24,820 nucleotides of DNA from a virus (lineage: Duplodnaviria; Heunggongvirae; Uroviricota; Caudoviricetes), in the IMG/VR virus record IMGVR_UViG_2711768053_000009, one strand, 5' to 3'. Under the pieces are notes generated by a model that was not told the origin of the DNA, did no database searches, and saw only the letters and a program-made list of their open reading frames with translations. This document shows, one piece after another, positions 15,622-23,485 of the stretch. Position numbers and translations under genes: made by a program. Position 1 is the first letter of the stretch; each line of letters opens with the position of its first letter.

Positions 15622-17609
15622 TGGCTGGTAACCAGATGCCAGTTCTGACGCTGGACGTTAATGAAGAACATCTTAAGCGACTTGAGGCGATATTTGAAAA
15701 GTATCGCAACGGGCTGATGATTGGCCCTGCCGGTACGCCTCTTAAAATACCTTCAAATACAGGTCCGGGAGGTGGCGTCCGGCAGACAACTACAGGCAGA
15801 GAAGCCAATCAGGCTCCCAGGAAACCATCTTCACCCGCGCCAGTTCCGGCTGCGTCCAGTCATGGACGTTTACGGGATGAAAAAGGGCGCTTTGTTGGAA
15901 GCGGGAAAACACCTGATTCGCTGGTGAGCAACTATAAAGGTCGCGGCGAAACGATGTTTGATAAGTACCTCAGCGGGCTGGGTAAAAACGCTCAGGGGAC
16001 GCTGAAAACTTACAAACAGATCAATTCAACGCTTAAAACGACTAATTCCCGGTTAAAAAGCCTGTTTAAAACCACGGTTTCGTGGGGGACGAAAATAACT
16101 GCAATAGGGGTTGCGGGGCCGTTTGGCTACGGCTATATGGCAAGTAAAGTCGCGGCACAGTATAGCGTAGCTCAGGGGTTAGGGATGGAAACCGCCCAAA
16201 TGCAGGCCGCACGTGCCACCTATTCGCCATATTTTTCTGGCACAGAAGAGCTGGTTCAGCATCTGGCGAACGCACAGAAAAACCCGAACGATCCAAACTA
16301 TGCTGGCCTGGTTAGTCTTGGAATTGATCCGCGAGATGGTGCTGCAAAGAATCTGCCCAAACTTATGAGCGCGCTTGCATCTCTCGTTAAGCAATATAAA
16401 GGTTCGGGACTTACTCAGGGGATTCTCAACGGACAAGGGCTTGGATTTGTTGATGTCGCGACAACTAACCAGATGGAAGCGAATCTGGACAAGATCCCCC
16501 AACTGAATGAGAAATTTGCAGCAAATACCCGGTTACTCGGCGCTTACCTCACGCCAGCTATGCAGTCAGGTTATCAGGACACGGTGAGTAACCTGATGGT
16601 AAATGGAAACAGAATATCAAATTCCTGGTATGCAGCTCTCGCCAGATATAACCCACTAATCAGAGGTGCATCAGATGGACTGACATCCAATATTGAAGGT
16701 TTTCTGAATGGTGGAAATTTTCAGAAAATTCTCACTGAGGCTGGAGAAGGGCTGGAGAAACTTGGTAAGTGGCTAAATAGTGAACAGTTTAAAAATGATC
16801 TTGATGATTTTTCTCTGGCGGTGAGCCGTATTGCAAAAGCAATATGGTCAGCTATCAAATGGATCGGCGGGGAAGATAAATATCTCCCCGGAACCGGAGT
16901 TGGTGCTGAACAGGCAGATCCAGTTCTTGTGGCATTTGGGGATAAATATCTCGGCGGTGCGTTGCCGGGAGCAAACCCGATGACAAATCAGTATACGGGT
17001 GAGTTTTATAAACAGGATGATGTATATAAAAATTACCGTATGCCTAATGATTTAAAGAGAAATATTCAGAACTTTGTAGAGCAAGCCAATAATACTTATC
17101 GACTTCCTAAAAATATGATGTCTGCAATTGCAGAAGCCGAATCATCGTGGAATCCCCTAGCGAAAGGAAGCCCCGATGAAAATGGCAATTATGCTAAGGG
17201 GTTGTGGCAATTCTGGGATAGCACCGCAAAACAGTATGGTCTGGTGGGAGATGATGTTTATGACCCAAATAAATCCACTCTTGCGGCTGGTCGCTTTTTA
17301 AATGATCTGAATCGGCGTTATAAAGGCGATGTGGCAAAAATGCTTACGGCATATAACGGAGGTCGTATTGATAGAGATGGAAATCTAAGTTTGAGAATGG
17401 AGACTGTAAAATATTTAATTAAATTATTGCCTCAGATACAGGGAGCCTTGGATCAACACCCTGGTATTATGAATCAGCTAAGAAATGCCAAAGATAACCT
17501 TCAGGGTGCTGGCAAAAATGCCCGCGCAATAATTGAGCTTCAGGTGCGACAATCGCCAGGTTCCGACATACTGGCACAACTCGCCGGAACGCAACAAATA
17601 CCGGGGTAA
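15621..17609 (+). CDS. Tail tape measure protein with C-terminal lytic transglycosylase (SLT) domain
   Basis: Follows the chaperone pair. SLT motifs AEAESSWNP ... GLWQF ... AYNGG are present near the C-terminus. ATG at 15621 with AGGAG 8 nt upstream; the provided ORF starts at GTG 15618. Confidence 0.65.
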   Translation: MAGNQMPVLTLDVNEEHLKRLEAIFEKYRNGLMIGPAGTPLKIPSNTGPGGGVRQTTTGREANQAPRKPSSPAPVPAASSHGRLRDEKGRFVGSGKTPDSLVSNYKGRGETMFDKYLSGLGKNAQGTLKTYKQINSTLKTTNSRLKSLFKTTVSWGTKITAIGVAGPFGYGYMASKVAAQYSVAQGLGMETAQMQAARATYSPYFSGTEELVQHLANAQKNPNDPNYAGLVSLGIDPRDGAAKNLPKLMSALASLVKQYKGSGLTQGILNGQGLGFVDVATTNQMEANLDKIPQLNEKFAANTRLLGAYLTPAMQSGYQDTVSNLMVNGNRISNSWYAALARYNPLIRGASDGLTSNIEGFLNGGNFQKILTEAGEGLEKLGKWLNSEQFKNDLDDFSLAVSRIAKAIWSAIKWIGGEDKYLPGTGVGAEQADPVLVAFGDKYLGGALPGANPMTNQYTGEFYKQDDVYKNYRMPNDLKRNIQNFVEQANNTYRLPKNMMSAIAEAESSWNPLAKGSPDENGNYAKGLWQFWDSTAKQYGLVGDDVYDPNKSTLAAGRFLNDLNRRYKGDVAKMLTAYNGGRIDRDGNLSLRMETVKYLIKLLPQIQGALDQHPGIMNQLRNAKDNLQGAGKNARAIIELQVRQSPGSDILAQLAGTQQIPG

Positions 17610-17612
17610 AAG

Positions 17613-18281
17613 ATGTCACTTAATTACTTTGGACAAGCTTTCAAACTGGCGTTTGAAGTATCGCCCATTCTTTTAGTTGATGGCATAGCGTCGAAAATTC
17701 CTGGCGGGGTGATGCCGATTGCTGTTCTGACCGAAGGACTAAGCATCGCGAACGGTCTGCTGCATGGAGAGATTCGTACACGTTCGATGGCGGCATTCAC
17801 GCCAATGGCGGGGACAACGTTAGTCCAGCAGGATATTTGCAACCTGAATTTCTATAACCAGGTAACGGCAGCGAATGCGACCGTCAGGAAGCCTAACCGG
17901 GTAGTCATGCAGATGATCCGTCCGGCATCTACGGAGGACGGTGGCTACACCACGAAGGGAATGACGTTCACGGCGCTGAAAATGGCGCTTGATATGCATA
18001 ACCATTATGGCGGTTGCTACACCGTTCTGACTCCCTCGTTTATCTACACGCGCTGCCTGATGCGGTCGTTTATCGATACATCCGGTTTCTCTGAGCAGAA
18101 CAAGCAAGTGCAGCACACCTGGCAGATTGAGTTTGAGCAACCATTGTCGTCTGTCGAACAAACAGTAAAGACGCTGGCGAGCGTTCTGGATAAATTTGAT
18201 AAAGGGATGCCGTCAGACGGGCCGCTATCGTGGTCAGGTATTAAGAACCAGGTCGTGCAGGAGTTTGGTATTGGCTTATGA
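17613..18281 (+). CDS. Tail or baseplate assembly protein (hypothetical)
   Basis: Intact ORF between the tape measure and baseplate genes; no motif recognised. Confidence 0.4.
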   Translation: MSLNYFGQAFKLAFEVSPILLVDGIASKIPGGVMPIAVLTEGLSIANGLLHGEIRTRSMAAFTPMAGTTLVQQDICNLNFYNQVTAANATVRKPNRVVMQMIRPASTEDGGYTTKGMTFTALKMALDMHNHYGGCYTVLTPSFIYTRCLMRSFIDTSGFSEQNKQVQHTWQIEFEQPLSSVEQTVKTLASVLDKFDKGMPSDGPLSWSGIKNQVVQEFGIGL

Positions 18282-18544
18282 CAACGTTAATTCCTTTTAA
18301 ACCAGACGGGCGAGGTCCGTTTCAGTTCACGGCCAGAATCGGAGAATATGAAGCATTCGCCCGCGTTCCGTTTAATCTGTACGCAAACCGTTACTATCTG
18401 GAACTGAAAGACAGTTCTGGCAAGGTCATTGTATATACGCCTCTGATTGCTTCCCCTGATGGTTACGATATTAATCTGGCGCTGCCTTGCTCGCCGGGGA
18501 AACTCATTTTTCGCGAAAGTACGAATCAGTTTGAGGTTTCGTAA
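18278..18544 (+). CDS. Small tail protein (hypothetical)
   Basis: ATGA overlap with the previous gene and TAATG overlap with the next. Confidence 0.4.
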   Translation: MTTLIPFKPDGRGPFQFTARIGEYEAFARVPFNLYANRYYLELKDSSGKVIVYTPLIASPDGYDINLALPCSPGKLIFRESTNQFEVS

Positions 18545-19551
18545 TGCGTTATTACCGACTGGAAATCATTAACCCTAAAACAGGCAAGCCGCCAGTGGAT
18601 AGCAACGGAAATACCATTGGTCCGTTTGATACCAGCAGAACGCCGGGATGCGGGCTACATGTTGAATTTGATGTGGAGGTGGCTGGGCTTGATGTAGTGA
18701 ATTCAGGAACGATGCTCACAATATACGGTTTGCCTATCGACATGCTGAAGCAAAGCGTGAGTTTGCAGGGGTGTCTGGTCCGTATGAAAGCGGGCTTTGT
18801 TGAGGGATTGCCTTTGGCAAATCCACAGCAACAGGGTGAGGTAATTTATGGCGAAATTTATCTGGCCTATGCCAACTGGATCGGCACGAACCAGACCTTA
18901 AACCTGGTAATAAATCCAACCGTACGCAAAACAGATGATGGTAAACCGTTCTCTATCGAGGGAGAGGGGCTTAAAGGGGAAAAGGTTAGTGATGTAATCT
19001 CCCGTGCGTTGCAAAAGGCATTTCCGAATAAATTGATCGACTGCACAGTCAGTGACAGTCTGGTTTTACCAGAGCCGTGGAAGGGAACCTACGACAATAT
19101 TGGGTCGTTGGCGATGGTAGTCCGTAGTGCTTCAATCGCAATGATGCGTAATGAAAGGTATAGCGGAGTCGCTATCAGTATTCTTTCCGACAGGATACGA
19201 ATCTACGATAACGTATCGGCAAATTGGGGTGAGCCAAAAACAATTCATGCCCATGAACTGGTCGGGCAGCCGACATGGATAGCGCCGTTTACCGTCAGTT
19301 TCAAATGCCCCATGAGGGGCGACATAAGATGTGGTGATGTGATCAAATTGCCAGAGGGGCTTTATTCTGGCTCTGCGTCGATCGTGATGGCTAATACAAC
19401 GGCACCCAGCGTTATCGCAAAAAATTCGACCACGTTTACCGGGAAATTTCTTGTGATATCGGTCAGACATATTGGTTCGTATCTGACAGCCGATGGCGAT
19501 GCCTGGGTGACGGTATTCGAGGCATATGCTGAGAACTGGGCGAGGGTGTAA
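18544..19551 (+). CDS. Baseplate hub-like protein (putative)
   Basis: 335-aa ORF immediately upstream of a gpV/gp45-like spike gene; call by synteny with Mu/P2-type baseplates. Confidence 0.4.
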   Translation: MRYYRLEIINPKTGKPPVDSNGNTIGPFDTSRTPGCGLHVEFDVEVAGLDVVNSGTMLTIYGLPIDMLKQSVSLQGCLVRMKAGFVEGLPLANPQQQGEVIYGEIYLAYANWIGTNQTLNLVINPTVRKTDDGKPFSIEGEGLKGEKVSDVISRALQKAFPNKLIDCTVSDSLVLPEPWKGTYDNIGSLAMVVRSASIAMMRNERYSGVAISILSDRIRIYDNVSANWGEPKTIHAHELVGQPTWIAPFTVSFKCPMRGDIRCGDVIKLPEGLYSGSASIVMANTTAPSVIAKNSTTFTGKFLVISVRHIGSYLTADGDAWVTVFEAYAENWARV

Positions 19552-20264
19552 TGTCAAACGCTCAAAAAATACCGTTTCTCCGAACGCTGTCAGAGATGAT
19601 GACCAGTTCTGGTAACCAGCAAGCCGAGCTTAAAGGCCGTGAATTGCCCTGCCATGTTGTCGATGTCAGCGGGCAGATAGTGACAGTTCAGTTTGATATG
19701 CTGCCGGAGGGGATCAACTTTCCGCAGATAACAATCCCTGTCGCCACATTCCCGTATATTCGTTACCCGATACAGCCGGGCGATCGAGGAGTAACAATTG
19801 CCGCTGATGTATCACTGCGCGGTGTGTCTGGATTGGGAACCGGTATGGCGACGCTCTCTTACTCGATGTCGCTCACTCCACTGTTTTTCGTGCCACTGGC
19901 AAACAAGGACTGGTCCGACGAAGATCCGCAAAAAATAGTTTTGTACGGTCCGGATGGCGCGATCCTCAAAACAGAGGACGGCAGTAGCTCGGTAACGGTG
20001 GCACCGGAAGAAATCAGGCTAAAGTCGAAAGCTGTTTACCTCGAGGCCGAAGATATCTTCATGAACGGGAAAATTCATCTCAACGGTCCAATCGTACAGG
20101 ACAAAGAACAAATGAAGGATACAACCGCTTCGCTGATTGGCCCTCTCAAGGTCGAGAAAGATGCAGTTATCAACGGCGTGAGCGCCAGCGGCCACAGCCA
20201 CGATGTGACTGGCGTTCAAAGCGGCGGCAGCACGATCACGTCGAAGAAACCAAATCCGGGTTAA
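19551..20264 (+). CDS. Baseplate spike / assembly protein V-like (Mu gp45-like)
   Basis: The N-terminal segment ELKGRELPCHVVDVSGQIVTVQFDMLPEGINFPQITIPVATFPYIRYPIQPGDRGV resembles the OB-fold region of gp45/gpV spikes. Followed by a terminator. Confidence 0.5.
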   Translation: MSNAQKIPFLRTLSEMMTSSGNQQAELKGRELPCHVVDVSGQIVTVQFDMLPEGINFPQITIPVATFPYIRYPIQPGDRGVTIAADVSLRGVSGLGTGMATLSYSMSLTPLFFVPLANKDWSDEDPQKIVLYGPDGAILKTEDGSSSVTVAPEEIRLKSKAVYLEAEDIFMNGKIHLNGPIVQDKEQMKDTTASLIGPLKVEKDAVINGVSASGHSHDVTGVQSGGSTITSKKPNPG

Positions 20265-20300
20265 TACCGGCTCACTTTAAATTACATCCATAAAGCGAAA

Positions 20301-20332
20301 GTCCCGGCTGCTGCAACAGTTCGGGGCTTTTT
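20301..20332 (+). terminator. Rho-independent terminator after the spike gene
   Basis: Hairpin GTCCCGGCTG / CAGTTCGGGGC (imperfect, with one bulge and G-U pairs) followed by TTTTT. Confidence 0.5.
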
Positions 20333-20479
20333 GTATCAACAGAACAGTATTTGAAATGGCATGGAGATTACTCATGCAGCCAAATTCTAGCGCACCTAAA
20401 GATAAATTTGGAGACGATTTGATGATTAAGGCTGAGACCACTCCGCAAGGAGCAATAAGGCTGCGAGGATAATCGCGGT

Positions 20480-20686
20480 ATGCCGAGGGATTCGTCACAT
20501 ACTTACGCCTGTTGCCTGGATCATTTGTACTGCATTAGTGGCGGGTACATTGATTTACCTGAAAAACTGATAAAGGAGTTACGAGAAATGGGCGAAAGAT
20601 TACCCAACTGGAAATTCCTGTTGATATGGTGTGTGTTTTTCTTATTTGGACTATCCGCTTTGATTCAGGCGATCCGGTGGCGTTAA
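20480..20686 (+). CDS. Small membrane protein, paralog 1 (core 32 aa from ATG 20588; N-terminal extent uncertain)
   Basis: Core MGERLPNWKFLLIWCVFFLFGLSALIQAIRWR has a hydrophobic helix; AAGGAG lies 9 nt upstream of ATG 20588. Paralogous to the gene at 20806..20952. Confidence 0.5.
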   Translation: MPRDSSHTYACCLDHLYCISGGYIDLPEKLIKELREMGERLPNWKFLLIWCVFFLFGLSALIQAIRWR

Positions 20687-20805
20687 TTTTTACATAACTT
20701 TACATATGGCAATGAAAAAACAACAAATTACTTCATGGATGATTTGCTACGTGAACTCAAGCATAGAATGACATGGTGTTAAGTAATTGTTACAAAGGGA
20801 TTGGT

Positions 20806-20952
20806 ATGAAGTTTCTTTTCATTGTTTATAAATTACTAGTTGAGATTCGAGTTATGGGCGAGAAATTTCCCAATTGGAAGTTTTTACTTATCTGGTTGGT
20901 CTTTCTGATTCTGGCGTCTGGATATTTTGTTGGGCAGATCCGATGGTGGTGA
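20806..20952 (+). CDS. Small membrane protein, paralog 2 (48 aa; alternative start ATG 20854 gives 32 aa)
   Basis: MKFLFIVYKLLVEIRVMGEKFPNWKFLLIWLVFLILASGYFVGQIRWW; AAGGGA lies 5 nt upstream of ATG 20806. Versus paralog 1, the conserved N-terminal half differs mostly by synonymous codon changes, which indicates purifying selection. Confidence 0.5.
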   Translation: MKFLFIVYKLLVEIRVMGEKFPNWKFLLIWLVFLILASGYFVGQIRWW

Positions 20953-20959
20953 GGGCACG

Positions 20960-21307
20960 ATGAGGACATGGGGCCGCGTCACCGACGTGAACGGCAATAA
21001 AAAATGGGTTGCTGTAGAATCTGACGCCAACGGTGATTTCTCCTACGGCTGGCTGACGACGCTCATTCAGACGTTAAAGCTGGGGGTGGGGGAGTCGCCG
21101 TTTTATGCGAATTACGGCATTCCAGCACAGCAGTGCATCGTGCAGCAGATTTACCCGGACTACTATGTGAACATGGTTCAGCAACAGTTTGCCGGGTATT
21201 TTGCATCACTGGCAATTTCAAGGGTAGATGGGGCTGAGAACCCCACCTATAACATCGATGTTGTGTTTTTTAATGGGACCAGTTACCGGATGCAGGTTCC
21301 GGTGTGA
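20960..21307 (+). CDS. Baseplate protein, gp25/W-like (Mu gp46 position), putative
   Basis: ATG at 20960 with GGTGAGGG upstream; about 115 aa; lies between the spike and J-like genes. The provided ORF 20927..21307 starts upstream inside paralog 2. Confidence 0.45.
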   Translation: MRTWGRVTDVNGNKKWVAVESDANGDFSYGWLTTLIQTLKLGVGESPFYANYGIPAQQCIVQQIYPDYYVNMVQQQFAGYFASLAISRVDGAENPTYNIDVVFFNGTSYRMQVPV

Positions 21308-21657
21308 GGCAAATTTTCGGGCATCAGTTGGGCCAGTGGCGTGTTAAGAAGTTCATCGCGTGGCATGACAATCCATCCACTTTTGCGTAGTAAGTGAATT
21401 GCCCATTCTGTGGTGATAACTGAGCCTGATTTGTGGTGCTCAATGTGGGTAACCGAGCCGTTTCTGACGCGCATGATGATGTCAACATTCAGAGGGGATT
21501 GTGTGCTGGTGGTATCTTCGCGCAGCTTCTTCTCGCACTCGATGAAGTATCGGCGGATCTGGCGTCCTTTTTCGTTGCGCTCGACCATTGCCAGTTCTTT
21601 GGCGGTGTCCAGGGTGAGGTGGTAGTCCTTGCGGCGGCGGCCTGGAGTTTTCGCCAA
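21283..21657 (-). CDS. KilAC-domain (phage antirepressor C-terminal domain) protein, probably a truncated remnant
   Basis: Translation ...[42 protein letters not shown] matches the conserved KilAC antirepressor C-domain. The ORF has no ATG before residue 24 (TTG is the only possible start), and an in-frame stop lies 11 codons upstream at 21691-21693. The 3' end overlaps the convergent gp25-like gene. Confidence 0.4.
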   Translation of the reverse strand: MAKTPGRRRKDYHLTLDTAKELAMVERNEKGRQIRRYFIECEKKLREDTTSTQSPLNVDIIMRVRNGSVTHIEHHKSGSVITTEWAIHLLRKSGWIVMPRDELLNTPLAQLMPENLPHTGTCIR

Positions 21658-21669
21658 ATTTGGCGAAAA
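21648..21669. repeat. Perfect 22-bp palindrome TTTTCGCCAAATTTGGCGAAAA
   Basis: Read directly from the sequence; the reverse complement is identical. It lies at the boundary between GC-rich phage sequence and the AT-rich island and overlaps the first codons of the KilAC ORF. Confidence 0.85.
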
Positions 21670-21697
21670 TAGAATGTAGTCTAAAAAAGTCTAACAA

Positions 21698-22126
21698 CTA
21701 CTTATTTTCAGACACACATTTTTCAAAATTTTTTATCGAGTCATTGAAAACTGAATTCATTATCTCATAAGTTTTATGATCTATCTTTTTGTCTAGATAA
21801 TCTTTATTGTTTTTCTTTATTTTTTCCTTAGTATCAGTAATGGCTTTTTTACAAATTTGATAATTTATCTGCTGATCGTTTAAACCGCCTCCATTGACAA
21901 TTAGAGAAATAGCTGTATTCATGTCTTGTATATTGTAGGAATAGTGTAATGTGTCATTGGTTGGATGGCTGGGATTATCATAATAAACATTACCGAATTT
22001 CATTAACATTATTCCCGATTTCCCATAAACAGAATCAGATAAGTATGCGGCATTCATATTTCCGGCAGTAAAATTATCAGTATGACATATAAAACGCCGA
22101 CCATATTGAAGCTGTAATTTATGCAT
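21698..22126 (-). CDS. AT-rich cargo ORF encoding the mature part of a putative secreted protein (unknown function)
   Basis: 142-codon ORF in sequence that is visibly far more AT-rich than its surroundings. No convincing RBS at its own ATG. It is in frame with the upstream signal-peptide ORF 22178..22237, separated by a TAA. Confidence 0.45.
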   Translation of the reverse strand: MHKLQLQYGRRFICHTDNFTAGNMNAAYLSDSVYGKSGIMLMKFGNVYYDNPSHPTNDTLHYSYNIQDMNTAISLIVNGGGLNDQQINYQICKKAITDTKEKIKKNNKDYLDKKIDHKTYEIMNSVFNDSIKNFEKCVSENK

Positions 22127-22177
22127 AGCATCGTTGCAGGCAGCTCTTATTAGACGGGTATGATTATTGTCTTCTTC

Positions 22178-22237
22178 TTAAGCGCATACTGAAAATGAAA
22201 GAGTGGATGCAATTAGCAATGAAATTAATTTCTTCAT
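22178..22237 (-). other. Orphan signal-peptide ORF (MKKLISLLIASTLSFSVCA-stop), in frame with the downstream AT-rich ORF
   Basis: Minus-strand ATG at 22237-22235 with AAGGG 6 nt upstream. The 19 codons encode a typical Sec signal peptide ending V-C-A, followed immediately by TAA (plus-strand tta at 22178-22180). 17 further sense codons then lead to the ATG at 22126 in the same frame. Confidence 0.6.
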
Positions 22238-22258
22238 AAATTACCCTTGAGATTAACT

Positions 22259-23485
22259 ATGTCAGAAATACCAATTACTATGACCAGTGCGGGTGCGCAG
22301 CCTACGCCACCCAATGATTTGCTTGCGAATCTTATCACCAGGGTTGCTGAAAAAGTACCTGGATATACAGCCAACCTTCCGGCGGGACTTATTACAGACC
22401 TTGCCAGCACGGCAGTCGGGGCGGTGGCATTAATAGATCAGGCGCGGGTTGATCTTATTAACTCCGTAAGCCCATACGGCGCGAATATTCCGTTACTGAT
22501 GCAACTCGGAAACATTTATGGAGCACAGAAGGGATTAAGTACAAATACGGCGGTATACGTGGTGTTTGAGGCGTTGCCGGGATTTGGTATCCCTAAAGGA
22601 TTTGTGGTTGGAGACGGTAACTACCAGTATGCGGTTTCCCGCGATACGGTGGTGCCGGAAAGTGGGCAGACTGAGCCAGTCTACTGTGTGGCCACAACGT
22701 CAGGCTCATGGGCTGTACCGGAAGGGACCGTGACGCAGGTCATTACATCAGTACCCAAAGACCAGCCTGTAAAATGCACGAACCTTACCGCAGGAATGCC
22801 CGGTCAGGAGGCGAAGACGTGGGCATCTTACCGTGCCGAAGTCATGGAGTCCGGCATGTTTGGTGTGCAGGGAACACCGGATTGCTTTAAAGCGATGCTC
22901 AAATCAGTAAGCGGTGTGCGAGAAAACCTGATTTCTTTCCGGCAGTCGTCGCTGGGGAAATGGGTTGCGGTTGTTGGTGGCGGTGATCCGTATGACGTGG
23001 CTTATGCGATTTACAAATCTGTACCGGATATTTCGAAACTGACCAACGATGTAACCAATCCATCCGGTGCGGCAGTGGAAAAACGCACGGTTTCAATAAC
23101 CGTTTCGCCGGACGTTTATCAGGTGCCGTTCGTTATCCCGTCATCACAAAACGTCATGGTGCTAATCACCTGGAACACGGTGTCTGATGATTATGTTGAC
23201 CCGGCGGGTATTGCTATGGCTGTGCAGCAAAACGTTGCTGATTACATCAATTCTATTGAAGTCGGTCACCCGATAAATCTGTTGCGAATCCAGGATATTT
23301 TTACCAGCTCCGTAAAATTGCTGGTTGATGCGACGTTGATCTCAACAATCAGTGTGAGCATTGGCATTAACGGCCATATTGTTCTTCCGGCAAAAGACAC
23401 AAGCCTGGTTTATGGCGATACCTATTCCTATTTTTCGACGGTGGCATCACAGGTTCAGGTCAATAAGTATGCAATATCTGACTGA
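22259..23485 (+). CDS. Baseplate J-like protein (Mu gp47 / P2 gpJ position)
   Basis: About 408 aa; lies between the gp25-like and gpI-like genes. ATG at 22259; the provided ORF starts at TTG 22247. Confidence 0.5.
   Translation: MSEIPITMTSAGAQPTPPNDLLANLITRVAEKVPGYTANLPAGLITDLASTAVGAVALIDQARVDLINSVSPYGANIPLLMQLGNIYGAQKGLSTNTAVYVVFEALPGFGIPKGFVVGDGNYQYAVSRDTVVPESGQTEPVYCVATTSGSWAVPEGTVTQVITSVPKDQPVKCTNLTAGMPGQEAKTWASYRAEVMESGMFGVQGTPDCFKAMLKSVSGVRENLISFRQSSLGKWVAVVGGGDPYDVAYAIYKSVPDISKLTNDVTNPSGAAVEKRTVSITVSPDVYQVPFVIPSSQNVMVLITWNTVSDDYVDPAGIAMAVQQNVADYINSIEVGHPINLLRIQDIFTSSVKLLVDATLISTISVSIGINGHIVLPAKDTSLVYGDTYSYFSTVASQVQVNKYAISD

Noticed and set aside
20277-20498. Minus-strand 73-aa ORF across the intergenic region containing the terminator
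   Set aside because: GTG start without an RBS; it runs through the terminator hairpin and is Cys/Ser-rich low-complexity; unlikely to be coding.
20705-20770. 21-codon ORF MAMKKQQITSWMICYVNSSIE between the two peptide genes
   Set aside because: No RBS and no paralog conservation; more likely promoter or leader sequence of the second peptide gene.
21648-21669. The perfect palindrome as a bidirectional intrinsic terminator
   Set aside because: It has no spacer loop and no flanking U-run on either strand; an operator or recombination scar is more plausible.
21410-21672. Plus-strand ORFs (71 and 79 aa) overlapping the KilAC ORF
   Set aside because: Antisense to a sequence with a recognisable conserved domain on the minus strand; shadow ORFs.
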